Under the pieces are notes generated by a model. It searched no databases and was not told the origin of the DNA. It worked only from the letters and a program-made list of their open reading frames with translations. DNA of 64,000 nt from Geosiphon pyriformis uo1 (lineage: Eukaryota > Fungi > Glomeromycota): positions 698,146 to 762,145 of the forward strand of contig JAAOMT010000776.1 of assembly GCA_016748015.1 (NCBI GenBank). The letters are read 5' to 3'. Numbering within the stretch: the first letter of the stretch is position 1; each line of letters opens with the position of its first letter. Made by a program: the position numbers and the translations under genes. This document shows, one piece after another, positions 12,631 through 30,085 of this stretch.

Positions 12631-15600
12631 ATCGTAAAATTTTGATTTAAAATAATTATAAGAATCTCGTATATTGGGCTCTTGGACATCACTGATTTTT
12701 GGCATCTCTTTAATGCCTTTTTAAAACATCTCTAATTAAAAATAAATTGGATTTACATTATTTTACCAACTTGGAAAATTTTTAATCAACTGAAAATTCC
12801 TCAGAAAAAGGTTTTGGATTTACCGAAAAATTGAAAAGCAATTGTAAAATAGTGTTAGCCGTATTTCAAGTATCATTGTTTTATGAACCGGTTTTTAACA
12901 TGAGGATATCAATTTCTTGATAATAAATAAAAAATGGTTCTCAAATATGTATATTCATAAATTTATTTAATGCATTAAACTTTAATATATTAATCTAAAA
13001 TAAACAAACAAACATTTAATTTGAATTTTTAAATAATTTAAAATTTATAACTTGTATTATAATTATTATTTTATTTGAAATAAATGGAAAATAGCTTTTT
13101 ATACATAATATAAATATTTTAAATATTCAAAATGTTTTAAAATATAATAAATAATACATATTTAAATAAGTTTATTATAATTATTTATTTAAATAAAACT
13201 CACTTATAATATATATTTATTTTTTGAATGTTTATTAAATGTAATCCAATTGCAATTTATTTACATAAAACATGTATATATTTTTAATTATTCATGTTAT
13301 ATATTTTTAATATCTTATTTTTAAAATTGATTACTAGTAAAATTTTTATTAAAAATTTTCAGCTAAAAACAAAACAAATCATACAAATCAAAATCAAAAA
13401 TATCTAAAAATACAATGTAATAATTAATCTTAAACAGAATAAAAAACTGTTAAAAAATATATATAATTATTAATAAGTTATAATATAGTTTAATATAATA
13501 TAATATAACATAAAAATATTGCAATTTATTATGTAAATAAAAAATTAATTAATTATATCGAAAAAAAATTTCAGTTTTTATAAAAGGTATTCACCTACCC
13601 AAAATTTCATGTCCAAATAAAATTTTTAAAAATTAACAGATAAATTTTCATTATAAAATTTTTTTATTAATTTGCGCATACTTGTTAACAATTTACTTAT
13701 AACCATTTATTATCACAGTTATTTCATTATAAATAATTATCAAATAAAAATTTACACTTATTATTTTTTAATTTATAAATAACCAGTCTTATTCTAAATA
13801 AAATAAAAGTTAAATCATTTTGAAATCATTTATAGATTTTATTGACAATATTATCCAAAGCTTTTTTTCACTTTGTAGTTTAGTCAAGATTTATTTGTTT
13901 TAATTATATAAATTTTATTAGCAAAATTCAAGTTTTATTTGACCAAAACAGCTAACAAATTATTATTATGTTTTATAAATTGATATTATCCAAAGAACAT
14001 TTTCAATTAAAATTTTTTTTTAATAATCAAGTTTATTGTGTCCATTTTTCACATTTTTTTATTTAATCACAAATATATAGATTTAAGTTTATTATTAATA
14101 GTTTTATTCCATATCAAAATTTTAACTATTATATTTGTAATTTTAATCTTTAATTTAAATATATAATATATATATATCGATAAGTTAATTGGCTTTTTTA
14201 ATATTTTTATAGCAACCTCTAATTAATTAAAAATGTAAAACATTAATAATAAACTGGAAGCAAAAGAAGTTATAAGTATACTTAGAATTAAAAAATCATA
14301 TAAATATAGTATCTTTTTATGCTTCAAAAGCCATTTTCTTTTATGAATACCAATATTTTGTGAGTCAGAATTATATTTGAACTAAATTTAAACTGAACAA
14401 GAAATTTCCAATTTTTCTGTTTTTACAATGAGTTTATCAAAAATCAACTAATAGGAATTGATCAACCCCCGTTCTAGAATCATGAATAGGGTTCTACTTA
14501 CCACATGTTGAATTACAATTCTTGATTAGTAGTTATTTTAACTTATTTATAAAATGCCTCAAAAGAATTTTTGCCTACATATAACAGATGTGCTTCGGAT
14601 TTTTATATTATTAGAATCGTCCATTATTTATTTCGTCATTGATATATATGTTCTATTTAAATTAAATAGAAAGTATCACGAATTTAGATTACCTCTGTCA
14701 GATTATAATAAAAAGTAAAAATATCTGGTTCTAAAAAATAAGTGAGAATTTTTATTAAAGATTAATACCATTTGTGTTTATTAAAATAAACTTATTAAAA
14801 ATTGAAAAATAAAAATAAAAATAAAAATTATTAACTGTTTAATATTTATAATATTGAAAATTAATTACTGATTTCTATAAATCATAACATCTCTCATTTT
14901 TGATCATAGCCTATAGTTTACAAATAATTATGAAACCTCTAGACTAATTACAAATTTTGAAATTTTTTAAATAACTTTATCATTTTCTATTCTGTTTATT
15001 GCCAATTTTACTATGTTTTTATTGACTGGTTTTACTAAAGACTGGTTATTTTGTAACTTATTATTTATCTTCAAATATACATACAAGAGTTTATTAGATA
15101 ATTATATCCTAAATTTCATTGAGTTTATTAATAAAATTAGCTTTTGTCATCTATAATTTAGCTTTTGTGTATAAAATCTAAACTTTGAAAAATCGCTCTC
15201 TATCAAAATTTAATGTAATCAATTATTGTTTTTTTATTTCAAAATTTAAGAAATTGTTCTTTAGAGAAAGATTCATAGCGTAAACCTATTCAGAATGCAC
15301 TGCGTTTAAAATAAGTTTTCTTTTCCAATTTTGACTTACTTGGAAGGCTGATTTGAGAACGATAAACTATAAAATATTCTGTGAATACAAATTTCAAAAT
15401 TGAAATCCTATCTAGCCTAAACCTCTAGAAAATGTTTAATCCAGGGAATTTTTTTTTTGATGATTTGAAAAACTTCATACTCATCAAAAAAAATTCTACT
15501 GTTAGCGTAAAATGAAACTAAATGGATCATATTTAACACACACTGATATATATATATGATGCATTCACACACTGAATAAATATTCTTATAAATGATATAT

Positions 15601-16748
15601 ATATATTTAAAATGCAATAATTTTAAACCCATTAGTTTAGGATTCTATAACATTGCAACATTTTAAACATTCAAATAGTGATTTTGTACGATCACTTGGT
15701 AAAATATTTAAAATTAACTTATAGTCCACCCACCCAAAAAATGAAAAAATAATTATTTAAAAGAGCTATCATGAATATATTCAATTCTAATCAGGAAAAT
15801 ATTACATAATTGATATTATGAAAAACCCTCATAAATTCAAACTTTGACTTTCTAAATTGTTAGAAATTAAAAGGCTTTTATTTAATTAAAAATAGCAATA
15901 GGATAATGAAAAGCATAGTTTTTGACGCAATGTAAATAAAGTGAATGAATTTCTAGCATTTTCGGGAATGTGATTTAACAAAATTACAGTTTGAAATCCT
16001 TATTTATTGGCAAGATAAACTCCTTAAAAATCTCTCTTTATCAATAGAATATTTATAATTTATTTTTTGCCAGAAAATAATTTCTTCAGCTTCATTAATT
16101 AAAACGCAATTTCATTTTTCGACTGACTTGAAGGAGCGTTAATTGTCATGAAAAGAAAATCTGACTATGTTTTCCCAGCTAATATTCAAAAGTTGCTTTT
16201 CTCATGATGATTGTTTTTTGGAATTACAATAAAACTAATTTAGAAGTAGATGTAAGGAGATAATCGCCAATATCTCGAATTAGACTTTTTTATCAAAAGA
16301 AGCTATAACTTGAAAAATTTTGACAAAGAAAAATGTATCCTAATATGAAATCAATCTAAATTTAAAATTATTTTTATTATGCGGCAAAGTAATTATCAGT
16401 TGCCATTTATGAGTGAATGCCAAGGCCCAAAAAAGTTAATTATGTTTCAATCTATAATGAAAACCAATAGTCCCATTTTCTGGGAGCTCGAAAGTGATAA
16501 TCGCAATCAGATTCTAAAACGAAAATAGATAACACACACCTAAAAATATATCAATACTAAACAATTTCAATTTTTAATTAAAAAACATATATTTATAGTA
16601 TATCTCTATAATCTAAATTATATAGAAAATAAGCTATGTCTTTTTTTTACATTTTCTGTTTTCTTTTCACGATAAATATTGTTAAATTCAAAGCTAAAAT
16701 TATTAAACAAAGAAAATCATTACACTCATAATAACAATTTCAAAAAGT

Positions 16749-19969
<3,221 letters not shown>

Positions 19970-20269
19970 CTTAAAAAAATTGCTATTTTTCTTTTTAAAA
20001 TAATTTTTTGGATTTGTTTTCTGTTCTCACAAAGTTTTTTAATCTCTTAATACTTAAATTATCGAAAAGTTTAAAATTTAAATATAGCTAAAATGACATT
20101 CATATCATGTAATGTATTTTGTAAATATTTATTATTAGAATTCCTATGGAAGATCAATCTCAAGTATTACCTTTCATATTCCTTGTCATTATCCCTTTTT
20201 GAATTTAACCAAGGCGAGAGTTAAAATTTATAAAAATTAGTCTATTTAAGTGAATTGAATCAATTACCA

Positions 20270-20330
20270 ATCCATCCATCCATCCATCCATCCATCCATC
20301 CATCCATCCATCCATCCATTCATCCATCCA
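20270..20330. repeat. (CCAT)n microsatellite
   Basis: About 15 tandem tcca units with one variant. Confidence 0.9.
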
Positions 20331-22449
20331 AAAATGGGAACACAACTTTTTAGTTTTTTTTTAATAATTGGGCGGGATTTCTTTTTATAAAGATTGAAGG
20401 CTTAGATCTAATTTACCGAAAAATATTCCCATATCATAACATTCGAAACTTTCGTGGCGTAGGGTGATGCAAAATACTAAATTATGGATAGATCACAATT
20501 ATTAATAAACTAATCAAATAATTATGTTATGGTTTATGTAATAATAGTAAAATACAGTTAATTTTAAATATAAACAAAAACATGAAATTTCCAAAATTAA
20601 TTTATCAAAAAGGTGTGAAAATAAAATCTCTGAACTATATATACACTATCAGCTATCTGACCTTCTATTTTTTGTAATTATTTTTATACTTTATACTTTT
20701 TTTATCTTTCTTAATTTATTTCATCATTATTCTTTATTTAAGTCTTGAAATTAGATTCTTAATTATTTGTTTGATCGCTTAATTAATCCACAAGTAGTGA
20801 CATGTTCCGCAGATATTTTCCTAATTCTTATTTTGTATTTATTGCTAAAAAATCTATTTTTATTTGATATCTGTTGTTGTTATTGTTGAAATTAGATTGA
20901 AAATGTAAACTTCAACGAAAAATATCTGTTTATCTGGAAAATTAATTAATTAATTAATTCTTTTTTTGATTAAAATCTTCTATTTTCTAAATGAAATTAA
21001 ATCACTTTTCATTTTATTTCCTTCTATAAACAATTAGATGATGATTTAAAATTCTAAACCAACTTGAAAAAGCAATCTCAACGAAAATAATAAAGAGTTT
21101 CATTTCTAATTTCGATTTAGTCTAAAAAAAAAATTTTCTTTGTTCCTCTATTTGCATGCCTGAAATCTTAATTACCAAGAGTTCTCCACCATCAAACAAA
21201 CGACCAACAAACGGAACAAATTGAGTATTTAAAAAAACCTGGAGCTTGAAAAGATTTATGAAATAACAGCGTTCCTGATAATCATTGCCTACACAGATCT
21301 GTTATTAATACATGTAAAAACTAGTTTCGGAGAGATATATATATATATGATTTGATCACAGATTATACTCACTTTTATCATAATAGGTAGTTTAAAAAGT
21401 ACAGATTGTCATTTATCAGATAGTTAGGAGTAAATCTTAAAGTCTGTATTCACAACTCATTTTATTTCCTTGGACAAAAACCAATAAAATCATATGCAAT
21501 AATCTTACTATCTTATATACATCGACTAAGCTGTTGGCTTCTTCGAAGCAAGAAAAAAAAGGGCAAAGAGCATCAGTACAAACTGAAAATAGGATGATTA
21601 TATTTGGAACCAGCGGTAGTTGTCTTATATGGTAAATCTCAAGTTTTTGAATTAAAGAAGTTTAAAATTTCTATTTAATTCTATAATTTTGCTAATTTCT
21701 CTAATATCAATTCGCTAAATTTTTTTAAAATCACTAATTATAAAATTCTTTTCCAATTCTTTTATTGAAGAATAATCTATAAATCCAAATCTATTCGTAT
21801 TTGATCCCAAAAAAACTAAAACTAACATGACCCTTACTACAACTCTTTCTTGAGATGAGAACAATAAAAAAAGAAAATTTGTTTGATGTAATCCTTTATT
21901 ATTAAAATAAGTTAAAGCCAACTTTTAAATACATTGCTCTTCATAAATTTCATAAACTTTCTGAAAATTACATCACAGTTGCTAAAATTAGGATTTAGAA
22001 CTTTCATTGGTAAAAGTGGCTGAAATCCTGGGTTTTTGATCATTTGTAAAATAAATATTATAGATGGCCCAAAATATTTGATTAATTATACCAAGAGGGA
22101 CTTCAATGACAAGACCTAGATTTCTCGTGTTTTTTTTGTGTAAGGTTAATTCCAGTATTAGTCATCCTTTGGAGAACTTTCATTATTTTCAATATTCGAA
22201 TATTTATGCAATATAGTATTAGTCTTTAACTGATCAATGCTCTTCGGCGCAGCCAAAAATGGCGTTGGCTTGGATATATTTAAATATATTTGAGAAAAAT
22301 CTTCATTACTAACATTATTATGTGGTAGTTTAAAATTATAATTGAGCACAAACTAAGCAACAATTAGAGAAAGAAAGAAAGAAAGAAATTCAAGTAGAAT
22401 GTCTTCTATCTGATTAATTCCAACAATCTTGGTAACAGCAGAAATCACG

Positions 22450-23200
22450 ACGATGGTATGCTGGATGCTAAAGAGGAAGCAGACAAAAAGATCAAAAAGA
22501 TAACATATCTTTCAATCAAAATTACTTTTTCACTTTGTCTGGTTTTGTTACAGCATGCCCCATATACGGCATAAAACTAAAGATTCGACATGGCTTATAA
22601 GTTAGCAAAGCTAAATGAAACATATACTGTAAAGAAAAATAAAATGCTAGTTTTTTAATTAAAACTCAAAATATCAAGAGAGTAGTCAACTGACTGGATA
22701 AATAATTTTAAAAATGCCATTCTTCACCATAACTACTAAATGTACAACGTTTTCTTCGCAGTTCTTAACGACGACTCTTTTCGAAGTCGAAAAAAAAAAC
22801 GATTCAATCAGCAAGCTAAAGAAGATTATCAAGTAGAGAGTGTTATTTTTAGATCATATTTTCATGAACGAACTCGCACTCTAAAGATTAATATTTCTAC
22901 CAGCAAGAAAAGAGATGAGCTGAAAATCCTGTAAGAAAAGCCTTATGCTAGAATTTGCAAATGAAAAAGGCAAAGTTCATGAGTTAAATTTATTATCATC
23001 TGCTTCTATTTGATAAGGAATTAATTCAACTCTTTAGCAGTTTTTGGCTAATGAAAGGGAAAAGAAAAAGAGAGCAAATATATTGAAGGGAAGTTTGGTT
23101 CTATTAACGACTTTATTTTCTATGGTAATCTACAAAAATGAATTTCTTGTGGCAAATATTCAAATCTATAAAAAATTTTAGATACACCTAAAATAAAAGG
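22450..23200 (+). pseudogene. Possible degenerate N-terminal fragment of a lipase class 3-like gene
   Basis: Fragments AYKLAKLNE..YC and ESVIFRS resemble the lipase-3 'xAxxAYC' and 'VxFRG' motifs; it sits directly upstream of a clearer paralogue; many stops. Confidence 0.3.
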
Positions 23201-23432
23201 TTAATATAACAAGGAATAAATATATAATAATTTTGTTTATAAATTAGAATTTTGAAAACTTCTTTGATATAAAAGATATAGTGTGATAGGTGATTGGAAA
23301 AAAATCTTTTTCAAAAAAAAGTTAATAATTATATTACCTATTATTTTATTTTGTTTAAATGAGATGTTACAAAAAAACAAATAAGCTTAATTTATAGGAT
23401 TTTTATGGCATTAGTTTTTTATTTTTTGATGC

Positions 23433-24780
23433 ATGAAAACCCACAGCAGTATTTGAATAGCCTCTAAAGTAATTCAAAAGTATAAATATAAACTACACCT
23501 CTCCTACAATGATTAAATGGATAAATCAAATTGATATCCCACTAAAAATCAATCAAATCAAAAAACGCTCACAGTCACAACCCAAGAGACAAATTTTAAC
23601 TTATGATGAAGAGTTAGAGGTTTTCTCGGATATTGTATTCATGATAAATGCCATTAACCGCTTCGGTCTAAATAATATCGTTTTAAGAGTGCCTGGTTTA
23701 CAAATTTAAGATTTTTGATTTTCTAAAAAAATTAGTCTTAAATGAAGGTTTCCTTAAAGAAATTAATAAATCTTTCAAATACTATTAATCAGTGGGGATT
23801 CAATATTATCAAGCCACATCGGAATAAATTGTATTTGCGGGGCTAGTAATTATCTCAACCCCTTTAATATTTTTAAATCAAATAAAAACTTGAGATAATA
23901 ATGCTTCTTTATTTATATTAGAAATTAACAAAAAAAGAATGGGCTTCAAGAAAGTCAAAACAAATCCTACTTTGTTTTAAAATGGTCTAAAGTTGGGCGA
24001 AAAATTTTTGTAGACTCAAAATTATTGAAAGATGTGAAAATATTAGCTCATATTTTAATCCAAGCTATTCAATCATCTTTAATTCAATTCCCAAGAGTAA
24101 CTGAATGGTATGATATTATATTTACAGGACATGGTCTTGGTGGAGGTTAGTTTCCTAAATGGTTTTTATTTTAAAGTTTGAAGTAAGAATCATTTATTTT
24201 TTTAATTATATATATATATATAAGCATATGCCTGCATTGCTGCAGTTATGTGGGTAATTGCAAAAAATAAAATTCTAAATATGAATACTTGGTCGAATAT
24301 TAATTTAAGCGGAATAGGGCAGGGTATTTATACTTTTGGAGCTCCGAGAGTTGGAAACGAGCACCTTAGCTATAATTTTACAAAAATATTCTTCACCGCC
24401 ACTTTACCCATGGAAATGATCATGTGCCGCACTTTCCTGTGTCTTTAATGGGGAGGAGAGATTTCGGTACTGAAATTTGGATTGAGCCATTGAGTAATTG
24501 TAATTGTCCTGATGAAACTAAATATGTATTGGGATTGTAATTCTTCTGATTTGATGTCAAGTCAAAGAGAAGAATAGTTGAATTTGCAGTATTCTGATGA
24601 GAATATGGTTAGTGATAATCTATATTAGATTAGAAAATTTTTGATAAAGGTGTTAAAAAACAATGTTTTATTATTATTTTAAGAGTGTAATTCTGGTCAA
24701 TCAATAAACAAAGTTCCTGACAAATTATTTCATAATAGCCCTTATTTTAGGGTTGAATGAGCAATTGCGAACCAATTAGT
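23433..24780 (+). pseudogene. Lipase class 3-like pseudogene (nucleophile elbow GHGLGG)
   Basis: IIFTGHGLGG at about 24115-24144 is followed by a GT-AG intron, then AYA, IYTFGAPRVGN (about 24330), HGNDHVPHFP, TEIWI, a Cys-rich C-terminus and HNSPYF (about 24731). It has multiple frameshifts and stops. Confidence 0.85.
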
Positions 24781-26809
24781 AAATTCGAGAATTTTAAGCT
24801 TTGAAAAATTATGAAAATAGAAATAATTAGTAGTAGCTAATATTTTCTTTTTGCTATAAATTCAATGATTTGAGAATATTTTTAGTTTAAACAAAAAAGA
24901 AAGAGCTTTTGGTATATTTATTCTCCTTGGATTGATTGATTAATAAATTATGGCAATTAGCTTCGAATAAATGTTTTTGAGATGGGATATTATTTTAACA
25001 TTTTCTATATTTCCTTTATTAATAGCTAAGAGGTTATGAAAAATTATGTACTTTATATATTGTTTTCTTCTTTTTTTTATTTAAAGAAATATATGTATTT
25101 ATTCTAAACCACTTTTGATATAAAACAAATTCAATTTTTTAAAACGCTATAAGGTGTGCTAAGAGTATTATAAATTTAAAGTTTTATTGACTGTTGCCTA
25201 AAAATATTGCTGTGAATTAGATTAATAAATTTTTATTTTTAAATTAATAATTTATAATTATAAGTAAAATAAAGATTATTTTTTTATTTAAAAGATTTAT
25301 AATTTAATTAAAAAATTCTATTTTAATAAATTTTTATTGAAAATTATTATTATAAACTTGAATTTATAATATTTAAGAGAATTAAAGTTTTAACTATTTA
25401 TATCGTTATATGTCTGTTATGATAATAATAATTTCATTATTATTATTTTAAAAATTAAATTAGATTTAATTGAAACTTGTCTTCAATATATTTATTTTTT
25501 TAATTTATATCAAAAAAGATTTTCACCAATAAAAATAAAATATTTTTTTGATGACTATTTCCCAATCATAAAATGATATTTAATATTGTAAAATTTTTTT
25601 GGAAAATTTTTAATTACCAATTTTTCTGATTGTCTTTAAATATATTTTTATCCGCATGAAAATAATTTACTTAAAACCAATTTTTAAAAATTATTCTATT
25701 ATAATAATATTCTATTAAATTATGTTTATAATTTTATATGAATTAAATAATTAAAAATTTTGTTTATTTGCTCCTCATAATAAACCAAGTTCAAGATAAA
25801 AATAACACTATAATTTTAATCTATTAATATTCACCACCACTACATATAATAATATTGAAAATGTATTAAAAATTTTAATTTTAATTAATCAATTATACAA
25901 AATATAAATTATGAAAATAACATAAAGCTAATTATTTTTGTTAAAACTTGTTTAAACAACTTTTTAAGCATTAAAAAAAGCAGGTTATTTAATTTCTTTC
26001 TGAAAAAAATATTAAAAAAAGTTTCATTAATAATCATAATTAAAAATGTCATTAAATTTATAATATATAGAAAGTATATTTTATTTTGAAAATTTTTTAT
26101 GTTAATAATTAAATTGAATCGCTTTACAAAAATTCTTTTTTTATATAAAATTTGTTGCTCATTTTCTCTTCGAATTTTCTTCGAATTTTGGGTTGCTCAA
26201 CAAGCAAAGGACTTATTCAAAACTTATATTGCAAAACTCGAGAAAAATATAAATAATCTAATTGATATTTGGCTGGAAAAGCAAAACAAACCAATTTTTA
26301 AAATCACCAATAATGGAAATTTGACCACAATAAAAGCTAGTTTTTCGGTGATTATAAAATTTCTATCCAGACCCTCTATTCTAGATTATTTCTTTGTGAT
26401 TTATAACACTCATTAAACAATTTCATCGATTCTTAAGGGTCATATATTAAGGGATTAAATTGAATAAGATTCATTGTTTGTCATGAGATGTTCCGGTTTG
26501 TTGTAATCTGTTTTTACAAAATAAAAAATTTTCGTTACTTGCTATCCACTAATTTTTTACTCTGATTCATGATAACTTCTATATCAGGCACTTATATGAA
26601 TTCTGTAAAGTTAATCCATGGCAGTTCGGGTTAACCTTTTTATTTTAGATACACACAAATATTTTTGGGAAAAGAATAACATTTTACATCTATTAGCTTT
26701 AGTTAATAGAGCAACATTAATATTACATGTATATATATTTAGTGAAAATTAAAATTAATTTTAATGTGGGCAATTTGAAGTTTTGAACCAGCACTACATT
26801 TTCTAAAGA

Positions 26810-27600
26810 TTCAAATTCAACACATTTCACGAAATATGGTTCTACATAGGCTGTAAAAGTCTTATAGTCTTGACCAGTTGCTGCACAGCTCTGAAGGAAC
26901 AAATAATAAATCCCAATCAATATGAGAAGATCTCAAAAATATTAAAGGTACCCAAAATGGTTTATTTTGAAAAGGCTTTTTAAACCCTATTTCTAATCCA
27001 TCTTCTGATCTACATTCAAAAATTCACTTTTGTGATAGACATAAAGAGACAAATCTTGTATTGATATAAGTCCTTTAGTATTCGGAATAAGAAGTGGTGG
27101 CCAGTCTATTATAGTGTTTTTAGCAAACGTAGCATGGAATATTGCAAACCGACCAAGGTCAATTAAAGTCAAATAAAGTTTGCAAATTTCTCATTGCCAA
27201 TACATGGTTGATGATATGTGAAGACACCAAAATCATAATCTAATCACAAATGTTATTGTTACTACTAACAAGAAATAGTTGATGATTTTTCACATACCCC
27301 CACTGAGCCCATGTTTTGACAAAGCGAAAGACAAATTTGAATTTTGATTAGCAAGTGGTTCAAATATATTGAGGAATTCCTTTTGATAGCCAATCCAGGT
27401 TGTATAAATTTCTTTATGAATTTTTTCTTCACTTTATCTACTTGACAACCATTTTTTTATGAAAACTTTTCTTCTTATCAATAACAGAATAACTATTTTT
27501 GATCAGCTATCCCTAATTCCATTGATTATTTAATGCTAGAAAGGAGGAAAAAACTAATAAAGAGGGTATCAATTTAGCTGGCATTTCTAAAAAAAAAATT
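26810..27600 (-). pseudogene. Lipase class 3-like pseudogene, inverted orientation (elbow remnant HGLSG)
   Basis: The minus strand reads FRFV/..HGLSG then a GT intron (about 27297-27330), VFTYHQPCIGNEKFANFI (about 27175-27228), YVYHKSEF* and a C-terminal SC...EPYF. It has frameshifts and stops. Confidence 0.7.
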
Positions 27601-28753
27601 TCAAATAATTTGGGAAAGAATCAAAATCAGTTCTTGTTAATTAGCATCGTGTGTTAGATTTGTATTTAAATTATTAGCAGTTAAAAGTTAGAATAAAAAA
27701 CAAGATCAGAATTTCTTATAATTTTGGAAAATAATGATTGATATATTTTAGAAAAACAAAAATATAATTGATATTTTGGCAAGAGAATATATATTAAAAC
27801 ATATCAAATATGATTTATAAAAAACTAGAAGGCACTTTATACATTCATTCATTTGTTTGTTGTCTCAATTTATGGCTGACTTTAATTTAGGAATCACTCT
27901 AAATTGTTATTAATTGGATTTTTAACATTGAGGGAAATTAGGTTCAAAAGTATTTAAATTTACTGCTCTTTTAGCACTAATTTAAAATTAGCAATCTGCG
28001 TTATGCTACGCTTTTTTATTAAAAGTATTTATCAAATGACTTGAGATTTCAAGTAAATGTAACTGATAACTATATCCTTTATCCTAATGTTTTGTTGTGG
28101 AAACATCTTTTAGAATTTTAATAGCATTCAATCTCTTAATAAAACTTTGTAAACATTTAAAAATTGTGTTTGTACACTTTGAATATAAATATTAACCATT
28201 TTATGAATGCTATATGTTCAATAAGCTACCAAAAAAGACTGATATAGCTCCTTAGAAATTTAAATTAAAAATCTTCAAGTCCATGTATGTTATTTAAAAC
28301 ATTTATGATTTTTCAATCAGTTTTCAAAGAATATTTTTTAAAGCCAAATTCTAGTACAATTCATATTAGGTGAGCTTACTTTCCAAAATTGATGATAAAA
28401 TAAAATAATTCCTCTAGTATTAATAAAATAATATCACTTTTAATATCATTTATTTTTTGGCATATTATTTTTTTCTCACTTATTTTACTTTAAGTCTCAA
28501 AAATATTCCCCCCCCCCCTTATAGTCACATTAAGGGAAAAATGGATAAATAAACAACTAAATCACAGTGAAAAAGAAAATTTCCCGCGATATCAATGATT
28601 GATTGAATTAAATTAATTAATCAATTGTCAATCTCATTACACAATTGCTTTTAAATAAACTCTATGTTAAAATCTTACGAGATTTGAATATACCTGTTGG
28701 AGATACTTCGAACTCATACCAAAATCATTATTTACGAGGTTTTAGTTGTAAGA

Positions 28754-30085
28754 ATGCACCAAAAGTCAGCACTTTATATTAAAAGACGGTTAGGAAGTCG
28801 TATATTTCAGCTATACTTTATCGCTTTTCTTTTTGTATTAAAGTTTGTCTGGGTAATAATACCATGGAAATTCTCCCAACATTCTGGCAATCTTAAAGCA
28901 TCGGCTCATTCAAGGCTTGTTCTAGCAGGAAACGATGCCCATGAGAATCTTATAACTCAACAAGTGAAGGTTTTACCACGGCCTAATTTAAAAATTAAAG
29001 AAAATTTTTTTGCCGGAAAAAATAACATCACAGAGATCAACAGACATTTTTACTCAAAGAAATACAAAACACCTTTTTTCAAAAAAAAAATCTATTAATA
29101 CACTAAAATTGCTGCGGGTTCTTATAGTCTTAGTAAAGTGCAAGCTATTGGGCCAGAAATTTATGGTATTTTTATTTGAAATTAGCAGGTGTGATTTTCA
29201 AAATAATTTTGTCGTGACAGAATGGTTTTGACTCTGTTGCAGCGGGGTTTTATACTATCGGTGACACAATATTCATCGCTGTAAAAAGGAAAATCATTAG
29301 GAAATGAGGAATACTGGAGAAATAGGGAAAATATCTTGGTTCCTTATCGAATGGATGGAAGAAAAATTGACTATGAGTTTCAGAGACGTTTTGAGATTAT
29401 AAAACCAAAATTTCAAGATTTTATAATTCTCAACTTCAAAGTGAAGCTCTCCAACATGTTATCGCAGTTGGACATAATTTGGGTGGTGGTAAGAAGCTTA
29501 TAGAATTTTCTAAAATTAAATTACGTTTAATTTAAATACTAAATCGCTTTACTTTGACCATTTCAGTACATGTTTTGCTTGGAATGCTAGAATTAATAGC
29601 GCTCAACCTTAAACAAAACATAAACGTTTATACTTTTGGAAAACCTCGCGTTGGCAATCGTCAATTTACACATTATGTGAATTCACTTACCAGTAAGATG
29701 CGTATTCATCGGATCACTAATATGGATGATTATGTTCCAAGGCTACCACCGAGTGTTTCGTTTTACACCCACACTATGTTGGAATATTGGATTGAGGCAG
29801 ATGATTGTTTGTGTTTTACAGGAAACTTATTTTTGTGTGCAGGACCAGTATCAGGGCGAGATCATTTTATCGAAGAGAGCCAGGTAAATATTTCTAAAGT
29901 TCCTTCTTAAATTTTTAAAAATTATTAATTTTAAATATATTCATCTTTATTTTTATTTTTTTATAGCCATGTAACAACCAATACTCAACCAATACTCAAC
30001 CAATAATTATGCTGTGCATAGTGGTCCTTACTTTCGTTGGAAGATGCAATGTCCACCTGGAGGCTTTCTATGGCTGCCTCTCTAA
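28754..30085 (+). pseudogene. Lipase class 3-like pseudogene (nucleophile elbow GHNLGG) with N-terminal hydrophobic anchor/signal
   Basis: ATG at 28754, a hydrophobic segment, YTKIAAGSY after an in-frame TAA at 29096, VIAVGHNLGG (29458-29487) then a GT-AG intron, VYTFGKPRVGN, RITNMDDYVPRLPP, HTMLEYWI and a last exon with HSGPYF. In-frame stops occur around 29.1-29.2 kb and an 11-bp duplication at about 29976-30005. Confidence 0.85.

Noticed and set aside
21200-22400. Possible further minus-strand gene remnant (ORFs 21715-21921 and 22158-22349)
   Set aside because: The composition is coding-like but there is no diagnostic motif I can support.
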